This document shows positions 28,251 to 40,948 of a stretch of 64,000 nucleotides of DNA, piece by piece. Each line of letters starts with the position of its first letter. Position 1 is the first letter of the stretch. Made by a program: the position numbers and the translations under genes. The stretch covers positions 9,114,001 to 9,178,000 of the forward strand of contig JBHGNT010000017.1 of NCBI GenBank assembly GCA_043228905.1. Reading direction: 5' to 3'. This DNA comes from Azolla caroliniana. Its lineage: Eukaryota; Plantae; Polypodiophyta. The notes beneath the pieces are model-generated. The model did not search any database, was not told where the DNA came from, and was given only the letters and a program-made list of their open reading frames with translations.

Positions 28251-30240
28251 ATGAAACGGACAACTTGTTGTTGACCGGGATCTCTTGATGTATTTTCTGG
28301 TGCAGTCTTATGCAGTCGTCGTATAGGTCCAGTCGTACATGCTTGAGCTTGACCTTGCCTTTCACTCTAGGCCCTTTATATATTGACATCCAGTCTACAT
28401 CACTAATCAATCTATCTGTTAGAATAGCAGGGTCAATATCCTCGAGCGACAATCCATATATGTTGTGAAAGTCCTCCTTTGTCTCGCAAAATTTTGCGAA
28501 GTTGAGCACTCTAGGATAGGGAGGAACGAGCCACCTGAAATAGAAAATTGATAATCAGAATTGGTGCAAAAATAGAAATTTGAATGTGAATTTGGTGCAA
28601 AAACACTTTGAGACAATAATCTGAAATTTTTAATCTATCCTTTTCAACATGTATCAGCAATCAACCACTTAAAAAATCAAAATTTGTCATGAGAATTGGT
28701 GCAAAATTACAACACATTGCGACAGTAATAAAAAATTTGTAACTAGAAATTGGTAATCTGAAATTTGTAATCAGAAACCCTAAATCAAAAACCCTAATCA
28801 TCACTAAAGGCAAAAATCAACCATACTACGAAATTTTGTCAATCAGAAACACACCTGTTGCTACATCCCGATCTTCGAGACATCCTTGTTTGGGACTCTA
28901 GTGACTTAGCCCTATTCGATTCTAGGGAAAGATGAACAGGCACCAAAGTTACAGACAGTTATCAAAAAGGAAAAAAAACAGTTTTTTTAATATGTAACTC
29001 ATACATCCTTGGTCGTGTGTTGTAGCTCGGAAGGTGCAATTTCGATCTCTGAGTTTTTTTGCTGCTGCTGCTGCTGCTCAAAGTACTCCATCTGTTTGGA
29101 GTTCGAACTCGAACTCAGGATTATCAGGAATTTGATGACATTCAAGTCGACCTTAGATGATGGGACTATTTGTTAGATATAATCAATGATCAACCCCAAG
29201 TTGTAAATCTATCCCCATATGTGCTCTTAGAGTGCACATTTTGTGATAGCACCCCAAATGAGGAGCGGCTAGTGTGCAACTCGACCATATGGGTCGATAA
29301 GGTGTTAATCTAGGAAACCATAGATGTGTAGGACACAATGTATTTAGGAAAGAGAGAAATAGGTAATAGGATTGGCTAATCAAGTCAACTAGAATATTTT
29401 GTGGGCAAGTTACGATGTACTTAGTCTTGAAGTATGCGTCATTGACTTCAAGATTTGTACTATCTTGCACTAGCTTGTACCTAGGGAGTTGGTCATATTA
29501 AATGACAAGTCAGTTGACAAAAAAGGAATATCTCCACTACTATCAACTGACTTCTACATTTAATGTTATACTTAGACCAAACATAGAAAGCAATCCACTT
29601 TCTGACAGCATTGAACACTAAGGTTCAACCCACTCCTTTAAATTTTGATGAACTAAGTGTGATGCTGCTTGAAGAGGAGCTTTAGCTAAAGACAAGAGAA
29701 GGACGGGAAGATTCGGCATTTGTCTCTAGGACTAAGGGTAAAGGGGCATCCAATTCAAACAATGCGAATAGGATACCAAAGAAGAAGTTCAATGGCTCGT
29801 GTTTCTATTGTGACAAGAAGGGTCACACAATCAAGGATTGTCAGAAGAAGATGGCGGATGAGAAGAATGGTTCTAGTAAGACCTCTTGGAGAGAGCCTGA
29901 GTCCACCAACAACATCGTAGATGAGCTTGAGTTATGGGTAGCAACTGAAGAAGTGTGTTCTTCAACTGACACCCAAGTTGTCGATGACTCTTGGATTCTC
30001 GATAGTGGAGTGTCCCGACATATGACCAGTAATCGTGACTGGTATAACTCTTGGACACATCTACAAGAGCCCATCAATGTTGTGGTTGGAAACAATGCTC
30101 GATGTCCAGCCAAAGGAACCGGAACCGTCTCCCTCAAAGCAACGACCGGCAGGACAAAGCATCTCTCTCAAGTGTTGTACGTGCCAAATCTCAAGAAGAA
30201 TCTATTGTCCATTTCTGCACTGACCGACAAGGGTCTTGAT

Positions 30241-30777
30241 GTTCGATTTTGACTCTCTTTTGGAATAACTGATCTTTGATGCTTGCCCATCATACAAGCA
30301 TCACAAACATGACTTAAGTCAGATAGGGTTGGCAACCCAACTACCATATTCGACTTCTTCATCTCCTTCAACACAGCAACATTGAGATGCCCGAATCTCT
30401 CATGCCATTGCTTTGTGCTAGTACTTGTGTTGTGGTTAGTAGAAAGGGTAGGTGTGCTCAGCTCATAGAGATTGTTGCGCGTTACCCCTCATAGAAATAA
30501 CAGATTCTGCTGGCAAAGTTGTAGGAATAGGGATAAGGCGCAACAATCTCTATGAGTTGAGCGCACTTACCCTTTCTACTGACCACAACACAAGTACTAA
30601 CACAAAGCAATGGCATGAGAGATTCCGGCATCTCAATGTTGTTGTGTTGAAGGAGATGAAGAAGTCGAATATGGTAGTTGGGTTGCCAACCCTATCTGAC
30701 TTAAGTCAAGTTTGTGATGCTTGTATGATGGGCAAGCATCAAAGATCAGTTATTCCAAAAGAGAGTCAAAATCGGAC
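30241..30777. repeat. ~250-bp inverted duplication within Copia A
   Basis: 30241-30489 is the reverse complement of ~30529-30777; the peptide LKEMKKSNMVVGLPTLSDLS appears on both strands. Confidence 0.9.
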
Positions 30778-31174
30778 AAAGACTCCTCTACAGTTAATAC
30801 AGATCAACCTCTCTGGAAAAATGGTGACTCCTGTAATGGGTGGATCTCTCTACTATATGCTGCTAGTCAACAACTTCAGTAGAAAGATGTGGGTTTACTT
30901 CCTTCGGGAGAAGGCTGAAGCTTTTAAAATCTTCAAAAGATGGCATAATTTTGTTGAGCGAGAGTCCGGAAAGTTAGTGAAGAAGTTATGCTCTGATCGA
31001 GGTGGATAATTCCTATCAATAGAATTCTGTGAGTATTGCAAAGAGCATGGAATTAAGCGCCAACTTACAACTGCCTACAGCCCACAACAAAATTGTTGGG
31101 AGACAGGTCCCTCCGGATGGGAAGGGAGAAGAACAGTGCTGATAAGCAAACTCGGACGAGGCCGATAGGCCGAG

Positions 31175-31395
31175 GCCGGAACCGGATGAGGAGTACCCGG
31201 CTATGGAGAGCCGGATGGTGCAGACCCAGTGAGAATTGGATGAGGAGTACCCGGCTATGGAGAGCCGGATGATGCAAACCCGGTGAGAACCGGATGAGGA
31301 ATACCCGGCTACGGAGAGCTAGATGGTGCAGACCCGGTGAGAACCGGATGAGGAGTACCCGGCTACGGAGAGCCGGATGGTGCAGACCCGGTGAG
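31175..31395 (+). repeat. 54-bp tandem repeat in the Copia B 5' LTR (~4 copies)
   Basis: Units of GAGAACCGGATGAGGAGTACCCGGCTACGGAGAGCCGGATGGTGCAGACCCGGT; related array at 41835-42005. Confidence 0.9.
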
Positions 31396-34300
31396 AAGCG
31401 CTCTCCGGATGAAGAGACATATTCGTAAATATGTTTCTGAGAGTCCATCGTGGCTATATTTTGTAAATAGCCGAAAAGTCATATTAGTATAAATATGACT
31501 TAGGGCAAACTTTTATATGTGTGTGTTGTTATTCTTGTCTGGGTGAGATCAAAGCGTGTAACTATGTACAGAGAGAAAGAGAGAGAGGAAGAGGTCGTTG
31601 CCTCTGTTGTAACCGCCGCCTGTGGAGAAGATAGAAAGCTCGAGGTCGTTGCCTCGGTGCTTTACTGTTGTACACTGTAACATAGTGATAGTTTGCAGCT
31701 TGTGGGTTGTCGTGGTTTTTTTTCCTAGTTTGGGTTTTTTTCCACGTAAACATCCTGTGTACTCTTCTCTTCACTGTGTCGTGCATTTTTACCTATTTTC
31801 TGTGTATGATTCTAAGCTCGGTTGTGGCCGAGCGTTGCGTATACAGAGCGTGTAGTTCCCGTCAAGTGGTATCAGAGCGAAACGACACAGAAAATGGACG
31901 AATTGTTGGGCGGCATGTTCAAGCTCACCGGTTCCAACTATTCAGTGTGGAAGTCGAAGATGAGGGATATGCTCGTGGTTAAAGATCTTTGGTTGCCGGT
32001 TCAGTTTGGGGACAAGAGACCGGACAAAATCGATGCCACGATATGGGAGGTGATGCACATGAAGACAACGGCGTACATACGGTGCTTCATCGACATGAGC
32101 CTATACAACAACTTCAATGAAGAGAGCAAGGCTCATGAGCTCTAGGAGAAGATCGGCATTATGTTTCAAAACAAAAATGCTGTTAATCAGGTTTCGGTAT
32201 TCCAGAAGCTAGTAAGACTTTGGTACCAAGATGGTTCCAGCATGGCGGAACACATGAATGCCTTCCAGGGGCTGATCCACCAGGCAACATCATTGGAGGT
32301 ACCTCTCGCCGATGAGGTACTAGCACTACTCCTGCTCGGTTCCCTCCCATATAGCTGGGAGACGTTGGTTGTCACCTTGGGCAACGCCGGGCCGGAAGGG
32401 AAACGGCTATCCCTAGCAAGAGTAAAGTCGAGCTTGCTAGATGAGGAGGCGAGCTCCGACTCCAAAGTGCTCCTTACCGAATCGGAACGCGGAAGACATA
32501 GAAACCGTAGTCCCCAAAACCGGGAGAAGTTGGGGACACGGTCAAAGTCAAGGGGGAGGCCTACTTGCTTCTATTGCGGCAAGCCGGGACACTTCCAAAA
32601 GAACTGTCGGCATTTCCGAAAAGACGAGGAAACCGACGGTACCGATTCGAAGCGGACCCCGGACCGGAACGGTAAAGACTAGAGGGGGCCGGACCGGAAG
32701 GGAACGACGGCAATCGCGGCAAGTGAAGAAGAGTTGATGCTCATCACCGGGAGAGTGAGATAAACCTTGCTGGCGATGAGATGACCTGGGTGGTAGACTC
32801 CGGAGCGTCATTCCACCTTACCCCGAACCAGAAATGCTTCTCATTCTACTCAGCCAGTGATCACGATTGTGTCCGGATGGGGAATGAAGGTACATGCCGA
32901 ATTGTCGGCATAGGAGACGTGTGGCTGACAACACCAACCGGATGCAAGTTGCTACTGAAGGATGTCTGACACGTTCCGGAGGTTCGTCTGAACCTGATAT
33001 CAACCGGTCGGCTAGATGATGAAGGCTACACGGGTAGCATCCGGAACGGTGTCATGAAGTTCAGTAAAGGGAGCCTGATTGTGGCTCGGGCCCGGAAGGT
33101 CAACACACTGTACCTGATGAATGCCCGGTTATGTCCGGAAGAAGTGAACGTGGCATCTGACACTGCCGGTGAGCAGTGGCACAAGAGGCTGTCATATGAG
33201 CGAGAAGGGGATGAAAAGGCTTGCAGACGACAACCTCATTCCAGTGAAGAACGTGCACTTGGAGAAGTGCACTGATTGTCTGGCCGGTAAGCAAAACCGG
33301 ACATCCTTCCGACCAAGGCCACCGATGAGACGTAATGCACCACTGGAGTTGGTGCATACGGATGTGTGTCAAGTAGACACGAAGTCACATACCAGAGCGC
33401 AGTACTTCGTGACGTTCATAGATGACCACAGCCGGAAGCTGTGGGCCACACCGTTGAAGACGAAGGATAAGGTGCTATCCGTCTTCAAAGAGCTCCACGC
33501 GAGAGTGGAAAGAGAAACCGGTCGGAAGCTGAAGGCAGTTCGAGCAGATAACGGAGGAGAATACCGGGGGTAGTTCGAGGAGTACTGCCGCTCGAAGGGA
33601 ATCCGGCTCGAATTTACCGTGCCGAAGAAACCAGAACTAAACGGGCTGGCTGAAAGGATGAAACGGACCATAATGGAGAGGGTCCGGAGTATGTTGGTGC
33701 ATGCAAAACTACCCAAGAAGTTTTGGGCTGAGGCACTGTCAACGGCGACATATGTGATAAACAGATCACCCTCAGTACCCTTGGACGGAGACACGCCACA
33801 AAGAGTTTGGACAGGTAAGGAAGTGTCCTACCGGCATCTGAAGGTATTCGGGTGTCTCGCGTACGTGCGTGTAGCTAAGGACCGGAGAGGAAAGTTAGAT
33901 CCAAAGACCCGGCCATGCATATTCCTCGGTTACGGTGACAATGAGTTCGGCTACCGAGTGTGGGACCTGGTCGACAAGAAGGTATTCCGGAGTCGAGATA
34001 TTATCTTCATGGAGGACAAGAAGCTCGCCGACTGGGAGTCGGAGAAGAAGATAATGAACTCCGAGTCGACCGGTAAGGATTGACTCTACGATGACTAGAC
34101 CCAACCGGCAAGAGACCGGTTAGCACTCGAGGGACCAGCCGGTTACGGTGAGGATATTGAACAGGCTGAAGAAGAAGTAGAGGAAGCTGAACCCAGAACC
34201 GGCCAAGGCCCCGAATCGGATTCGGATGAAGAGAAAATGGAGGAGCCGGTTACCTAAGCCCGAAGACGGAAATATCCTCTCAGAGAGAGAAGGGCACCCC

Positions 34301-35989
34301 GGAGATTTCCGGATGCAGAGCATGTTCTGCTAACCGATGAGGGGGAGCCGAAAAGCTTCGAAGAAGCGAAGGATGACACCCACAGCCGCAAATGGTTAAG
34401 TGCCATGCAGGATGAGATGGATTCCCTACATGAGAACCATACGTACGAATTGGTGGAGTTGCCGAAAGGAAAGCGGGCACTCCGAAACAAGTGGGTGTAC
34501 AAGTTGAAACCGGGAGATGCCGGCAACCCCCCGAGATACAAAGCCAGGATCGTGGTGAAGGGGTTCCAACAGAAAAAGGGTGTGGATTTTGACGAGATAT
34601 TTGCCCCGGTAGTAAAGATGACCTCCATCTGGACGGTGCTGAGTATAGCGGCAAGCATGGACCTCGAGGTAGAATAGCTGGACGTGAAGACGACATTCCC
34701 TCACGGCGACCTCGAAGAGGAGATCTACATGCAACAACCAGAGGGATTTGTGGAGAAAGGGAAGGAGCACCTGGTATGCCAGATGAAGAAGAGCCTATAC
34801 GGACTAAAGCAAGCTCCCCGACAATGGTACCGGAAGTTCGATTCCTTCATGACCGATCAAGGGTACCACAAGACGCAGGCCGATCACTGCGTGTTTGTGA
34901 AGAAGTTCGAAGGAGGCGACTTCTTGATACTCCTCCTGTACGTGGATGACATGTTGATCGTCGGACGTGACCAAGTCAAAATACGGATGCTAAAGAAGGC
35001 TCTCAACCGGACCTTCTCAATGAAAGACTTGGGTCCGGCAAGACAGATGTTCGGGATGCATATCATTCGGGACCAGTCAAAGAAGCAATTATGGCTGTCA
35101 CAAGAGAAGTACGTGACAAAGGTGCTTCACCGGTTCAACATGTCAGAAGCGAAACCGGTCGGATCGACACATCCAGCAAACTGCAAGCTATCCGGTAAGC
35201 AGAGCCCGAAGACGAAAGCAGAGAGGGCGGATATGATGAAGATTCCATAAGCCTCTGCCGTCGGGAGCTTGATGTACGCAATGGTGTGTACCCAACCAGA
35301 TATAGGATACGTAGTCGGAGTGGTGAGCCGGTTCATGAGCAATCCCGGCAAGGAGCACTGGAACACGGTCAAATGGATACTCCGGTATTTGAAGGGCACT
35401 TCAAACATGTGTCTCCGATTCGGCTCCGGGAAACCTCAACTTGACAGTTTTACCGATTCGGACATGTCGGCTGATGTGGATTCCAGCTGGCCTACATCCA
35501 GGTATGTAATGAGATATGCAGGGGGAGCTGTTTCGTGGCAGTCGATGTCAGGAATAGTACTAAAACAGAGATGGAATTAGTACTAAGAAGAGTAGTACTA
35601 TTAGTACTAAGAGGACGGGACTGCGTAAGATTCCCGAGAGAGAGGAAGTGAGAAGAGGAGAGAGAGAGAGAGGGAAATAGGATGATGACAGCAGCTCTTA
35701 TATTATATGAAAGATAAGTACAAATCTACTAAGAGGCTTAAGACTGGTGTTGAACCAATTTGGTTCAACATAATGCTTAGTGCCTTCTTTTATAGTGTTC
35801 TCAGGAATAATCCTGAAGCTTCTAGAATGTTCCAGAGAAATCTGGAATATACATTACTTTCTTATAATAAAACATAAATGAAAATAATATTCTATGAATT
35901 ACAATAGATGGTGAGATGGTTAAGAGCTCGACCCATATACCATAAGGTCATGGGTTCGAGTCTTGCCATCTCATGACACTATCTCCCCC

Positions 35990-36410
35990 TTAAAGACGAC
36001 GAGTGGAACGAGTCAGCGCTACTTGCGGACCGGGTTTGTCCGGATACTTTCGGTGGAAATCAGCAAGAAGATCTTGTGCATTGGCAACATTCTCGACAGG
36101 TTCCCAAGTACGTTCGCTCGGACTATAACCGAGCCAATCGACCAAGTAATAGAGTTTGTTGCGAACAAGTTTGGAATCGAGGATGGCAGCAACTTCATAC
36201 TCCGGGTCGGCGTCCAACTCCAGTGGGGGCGGCGGTGGTGTCACACGATCGGGAATGGTGTTTGCTTGATAGGGTTCAAGAAGAGAACAATGGAAAACTG
36301 GATGTATCTGAAGCTGCGGAGGGAGATCAAGGCGGAAGGTGACATCATTAATCTTCCCCGTAATACGGAAAGGACCGAGTCGTCGATAATCCAACTTGTC
36401 GCACGGTCGA
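35990..36410 (-). CDS. Integrase GPF/Y region and chromodomain of Gypsy C, displaced out of frame
   Basis: LGPFRI...IHPVFHCSLL; EYEVAAILDSK...YYLVDWLGYSPSERTWEP. Confidence 0.9.
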
Positions 36411-39400
36411 GTAGTCTTGATGTGACGACGTAAGAGCCATACTCGATCTCCGATGGCAAAAGAGGAGGGAATCCGATGACGATCCGCATAAGTCTTCTGT
36501 GTGTGTTGAGCATGACGAAGGTGAGTAGAGAGATCCATCTGGATCTTGCGTAGCCTCTCCAAATGATCCTCGGCACGAGGGTTGGTAGGTAGCTCCGGAG
36601 TGTCGATCACCGACCAGCGAGGATGGAAACCGGTATAAGCGAGTAGTCTTGATGTGACGACGTAAGAGCCATACTCGATCTCCGATGGCAAAAGAGGAGG
36701 GAATCCGATGACGATCCGCATAAGTCTTCTGTGTGTGTTGAGCATGACGAAGGTGAGTAGAGAGATCCATCTGGATCTTGCGTAGCCTCTCCAAATGATC
36801 CTCGGCACGAGGGTTGGTAGGTAGCTCCGGAGTGTCGATCACCGACCAGCGAGGATGGAAACCGGTATAAGCGAAAAATGGGGAGACCCGAGTCGAGGAG
36901 TGAATAGCATTATTATACGCAAACTCCGCAAAGTGGAGAATCTCGGCCCAATCGTCCTGTTGATAACTCAGGAAACACCGGAGATATTGCTCCAACGTTT
37001 GGTTTGTTCGTTCCGCCTGTCCGTCGGTCTGAGGATGGTAGCCGGAGGAGAGGTTGCAGGAGACCTTGAGCATCTTGAAGAGATGCTGCCAAAATTTGGA
37101 GACAAATTGCGGGCCTCGGTCACTGATAATACTGTCTGGGAGGCCATGATGCCGAAAAACCTCACGCATAACAAGAGCGGCGGTTTCCTCGCTAGTGATG
37201 GCTTTAGTACATGGCACAAAATGTGCCATCTTCGTATATCGATCGACGACGGTTAGGATAGCATCGAACCCTTTCGAGACCGACAGATCTGTGATAAAAT
37301 CAAGACAAATAGACTGCCATGGCTTACTTGGAATTGGTAAAGGTTCCAACAAGCCATATGGATGGTGTCGTGGCATCTTTGCTCGGCAGCAAGCATCACA
37401 GGTCCGAACGTAGTCGTCGACAAAACGGCGCATGTGGGGCCACCAAAAAGATCGCTGCACTAGCTCCAACGTCTTAGTACTACCGAAATGTCCCGCCGTA
37501 TGGGTGTCGTGACAATGTTGGACAATTTGAAGGCGACAGGAGCAATCGGGGACATATACACGCTTTTTAAAGAATAACAAACCATCATGATATTCGAATT
37601 GTCGGTAGTCAATACCTGGTTGTTGAGACTGAGAACAGGATGCCCGAGAAGTATCAATGTGCGCCAGGATGTCTTGAGCAAAACTATCCGTCTTCAAGGT
37701 TGCACGTATGTCATCGGTAATCCGTGAATCCATCGGGGTGTGAAAAATCCGCGTCGTGTGCAATCGTGTTGGTCCCAAGATTACTTGCTTTTGATTATCA
37801 AATGTTGCTTCACCAGGACGAGGTGCAAGATATGAACGTCGTGATAGTGCATCTGCTTTTCCTTGCTGCTTCCCCGGTCGATATGTGATTTTGAAGTCGA
37901 AACGCGTGAGGAATTGCGCCCACCGAGCTTGCCGTCGATTTAGTACGCGAGCGTTCTGAAAATAAGCAAGATTTTTATGATCGCTGAAGACAATGACCTG
38001 ATGTGGAGAGCCCTCTAAGAAATGCCGCCATTGTACAAATGAATCCACGATGGCTAATAACTCCTTGTCATGTATTTCGTAGTTGATTTCTGCGACATCG
38101 AATTTGCGCAAATGGAAAGCCACCGGATGCAACTCTTCTTTATCCCCTTGTTGAGAAAGGATGCTACCGAGGGCGAAATCTGATGCGTCGGCCTCCATGA
38201 TGAATGGTTTGCTTGTATCCACATGAGCTAGAATCGGTGCTGATGTAAAGGCTTTCTTAAGATGCCGAAAAGCCATATCTGCTTCAATGGACCAAAGAAA
38301 TGCTTGGCCCTTCTTCGTAAGTTGTGTGAGAGGTAAAATAATCTTCGAGTAATCCTGTATAAACTTACGGTAGAAGTTAGCAAAACCTAGAAAACATTGT
38401 ACATCTCGTACCGACCGTGGAATTTGCCACTCTAGTACAGTTTGGATCTTAGCTGGATCCATGGCGATGCCCTTTGAGGAGATGACGTAGCCTAGAAATT
38501 CCACTTGCTTGCAGTCAAAGCTACATTTTTCTAGCTTGGCATAAAGACCATTCTCGCGGAGTCGCTTTAGTACTAATAGTACATGAGAGTCGTGCTCTTC
38601 CTGGGTCTTCGAATAAATCAACAGATCATCCAGATAAATGATCAAACAGATATCCAAGAGGTCTCTGAATATATCATTTGCCATGTGTTGGAAGACTGCG
38701 GGTGCATTGGTTAGGCCAAACGGCATAACAGTATACTCAAAATGCCCATACCGCGTGCGAAAAGCGGTCTTCCACTCATCTCCCGGTCGGATCCGCACGA
38801 GATTATACGCTCCGCGTAGGTCGATTTTAGTAAAAAACTTGGCACCATTAACTCGCTCTAAAAGACTTGATATAAGAGGAAGTGCATACCTATTCCGGAT
38901 GGTGACTTTATTTAATCCGCGGTAATCAACGACAAGACGAAGTGAGCCATCTTTCTTCTTGACAAAGAAGATGGGTGCACCGGCCGGAGATTTCGAATGA
39001 CGGATGAACCCGCTTGCCAAGTTCTCCTCTATGTAGGCTCGAAGGACTTCTAACTCGGTGGGTGACAGGTTGTAAATTGGTCCCCATGGTGGCTCGGTTC
39101 CTGGTTGTAAATCGATGGGACAGTCATAGGGACGGTGATGAGGAAGGGTACCGGTTTTTACCTTGTCAAATACATCGGCATAAGGATGATATTTTGCCGG
39201 AAGTTGTACTGAGGAGTCCTTCTTAATAGTGCTGGAAGGATGTACTAATATGGAAAATAGGAACATTGCCTCCTTGGGTCCTTCTTCGCGTAGTTGATGG
39301 AGTGAAATGGTCGAAACTCGGCGAGTTGATTCTTGGGGTGGTCGATATCGGACTTCTCTTGTTCTCCAATCTATGGCTGGATTATGTAACTCAAGCCAAG

Positions 39401-39794
39401 GTAATCCTAGGACAATGGGATGCTCTGGACTACTAATTATATTAAATGATATTATACACACAAAACTACCTAGGACAACTTGAATGGGTTCTGATTCTTC
39501 TACAATATTCCCGGAAGCAATGGGACGACCATCAATGACCACTACAGATGCGGGACAAGGAAGTTTTCTTAAGGATATCTGAGAAGCTTGGGCAAAATTT
39601 CGATCCATGAAACAGGAATTAGCTCCGGAATCTAAAAGTGCTAGGACGGGTACTGGTGGAGTAATTTTAGTACTAACAATGACTTGGGCTAGGAACACAT
39701 TGCTAACTTGCTTGGAAGGAATGGAACCACTAATGGGTTGTACAGATCTAGGGCTGCTGTCCAACCAAATGGCTCCTATTTTGGCTGGACTCAA
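36348..39794 (-). CDS. pol: Gypsy C Pol (PR-RT-RH-IN), open for 1148 aa; C-terminus frameshifted by a 232-bp duplication
   Basis: [53 protein letters not shown]. Confidence 0.93.
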   Translation of the reverse strand: MSPAKIGAIWLDSSPRSVQPISGSIPSKQVSNVFLAQVIVSTKITPPVPVLALLDSGANSCFMDRNFAQASQISLRKLPCPASVVVIDGRPIASGNIVEESEPIQVVLGSFVCIISFNIISSPEHPIVLGLPWLELHNPAIDWRTREVRYRPPQESTRRVSTISLHQLREEGPKEAMFLFSILVHPSSTIKKDSSVQLPAKYHPYADVFDKVKTGTLPHHRPYDCPIDLQPGTEPPWGPIYNLSPTELEVLRAYIEENLASGFIRHSKSPAGAPIFFVKKKDGSLRLVVDYRGLNKVTIRNRYALPLISSLLERVNGAKFFTKIDLRGAYNLVRIRPGDEWKTAFRTRYGHFEYTVMPFGLTNAPAVFQHMANDIFRDLLDICLIIYLDDLLIYSKTQEEHDSHVLLVLKRLRENGLYAKLEKCSFDCKQVEFLGYVISSKGIAMDPAKIQTVLEWQIPRSVRDVQCFLGFANFYRKFIQDYSKIILPLTQLTKKGQAFLWSIEADMAFRHLKKAFTSAPILAHVDTSKPFIMEADASDFALGSILSQQGDKEELHPVAFHLRKFDVAEINYEIHDKELLAIVDSFVQWRHFLEGSPHQVIVFSDHKNLAYFQNARVLNRRQARWAQFLTRFDFKITYRPGKQQGKADALSRRSYLAPRPGEATFDNQKQVILGPTRLHTTRIFHTPMDSRITDDIRATLKTDSFAQDILAHIDTSRASCSQSQQPGIDYRQFEYHDGLLFFKKRVYVPDCSCRLQIVQHCHDTHTAGHFGSTKTLELVQRSFWWPHMRRFVDDYVRTCDACCRAKMPRHHPYGLLEPLPIPSKPWQSICLDFITDLSVSKGFDAILTVVDRYTKMAHFVPCTKAITSEETAALVMREVFRHHGLPDSIISDRGPQFVSKFWQHLFKMLKVSCNLSSGYHPQTDGQAERTNQTLEQYLRCFLSYQQDDWAEILHFAEFAYNNAIHSSTRVSPFFAYTGFHPRWSVIDTPELPTNPRAEDHLERLRKIQMDLSTHLRHAQHTQKTYADRHRIPSSFAIGDRVWLLRRHIKTTRLYRFPSSLVGDRHSGATYQPSCRGSFGEATQDPDGSLYSPSSCSTHTEDLCGSSSDSLLFCHRRSSMALTSSHQDYSTVRQVGLSTTRSFPYYGED

Positions 39795-40948
39795 TCGTTT
39801 AACTCTTCATCTAATTGACTAAGGATTTCAAATTTATTTGAGATACTTGGGCTATTAGTACTATGAATACTATCTGACACTCTATTAGTACTATTACTAC
39901 TATCAGACACTCCGAAGGGAAGAATTGACTCAGGTTTAGTACAGGCGACAATTTGATTTACCTGTCTTCTTGGCCTATGTGGACAATTGATGGCGATATG
40001 TCCTGGTCCACCGCAATAAAGGCATAATCGATTGGCACGTCGTCGTTGCTTTTCTTCTTCCGATAACGGGCCGCGTCGACGCATGGTATCGATCTCCATC
40101 GGTGTCGAAGTATTTGCTTGAGGTATGTCTCGTGCAAACGGTTTAGCCGCGACTGCGGCGTAAGTGGGCTCTGGCCTAGAGCGTGGTATCTGTAATTGAC
40201 GTTCTGAACGCCGTTCAAAAAGGCGGTTGTCACATCAAACTGCTCGATTGATTGCCTCCATAAGAGACTTTGGTTCTTCGGGGAAAGTTAGAAGTAGATC
40301 TTTGACATCGTTTCGCAAGCCATAGCGAAACTGCTCCATTAGTGCTTGATCATCCCAGGGTATATCTGAAGCAAGTAGGCGGAAATCCGCCGCGTAGGCA
40401 GAGGCTGGACGATCGCCTTGACGCAATCGCCGGATCTTGTTGATCGTCGTCCTGATGCTGTCGGTGTCTCCAAAGCAGGCTTTAAACTCACCAATAAAAT
40501 CTTCAAAGTTATTAAGCAAGGGCGATTGTTTTTCTAGAAGCGGAGCGAACCATGCCAAGGCTGAGCCGCTAAGTAGCGTGCCTATTAGGCCGACTCGAGA
40601 TGCATCAATGGGATATCGGGAAGGATGCATCTGGATGACTAAGCGTACCTGATTAAGGAATCCCCGAAATTGCGAACGCGTTCCATCAAATTTCACAGGA
40701 AGTCCAATCTTGGGCTCTTTATGAAATCCTTGGGGACTGGATCCTTGTTGTTGCAACGCTGCTTCGAGTTGTTGTACCCGTAACGCTAACTCCCCATGTT
40801 GTTGTTGCGTTTGTTGTTTTTCTAGAGCGATTTGTTGCAGATCCCCTATCAGCCGTTGGTTTTCTTGTTCCAAGGCAACAAACTTTTCTTTTAGGCACTG
40901 TAGCTCGGAGAAAACGGATTGGTATTCTTGGGCGCTAACAGTAGCCAT
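39791..40948 (-). pseudogene. gag: Gypsy C gag with one in-frame TGA
   Basis: [37 protein letters not shown] knuckle; stop at 40235, probably CGA>TGA. Confidence 0.88.

Larger units (their letters stand above)
25700..28535 (-). pseudogene. Spliced gene with a C-terminal degenerate FCP1/NIF (HAD-like) domain, probable transposon cargo
   Basis: LILELDKVL...PRRDANQFLEWAMQYFDLFIWS and YNANNTLILD resemble NIF motifs; minus-strand splice signals (TTTCAG/G ~28535, TATCAG/G ~26783, GG/GTAAGT ~26720). Confidence 0.5.

Noticed and set aside
31175-31395. CRISPR array or repeat-protein gene (ORF 31065-31448)
   Set aside because: Plain 54-bp tandem repeat in an LTR; the ORF is a by-product of the repeat.
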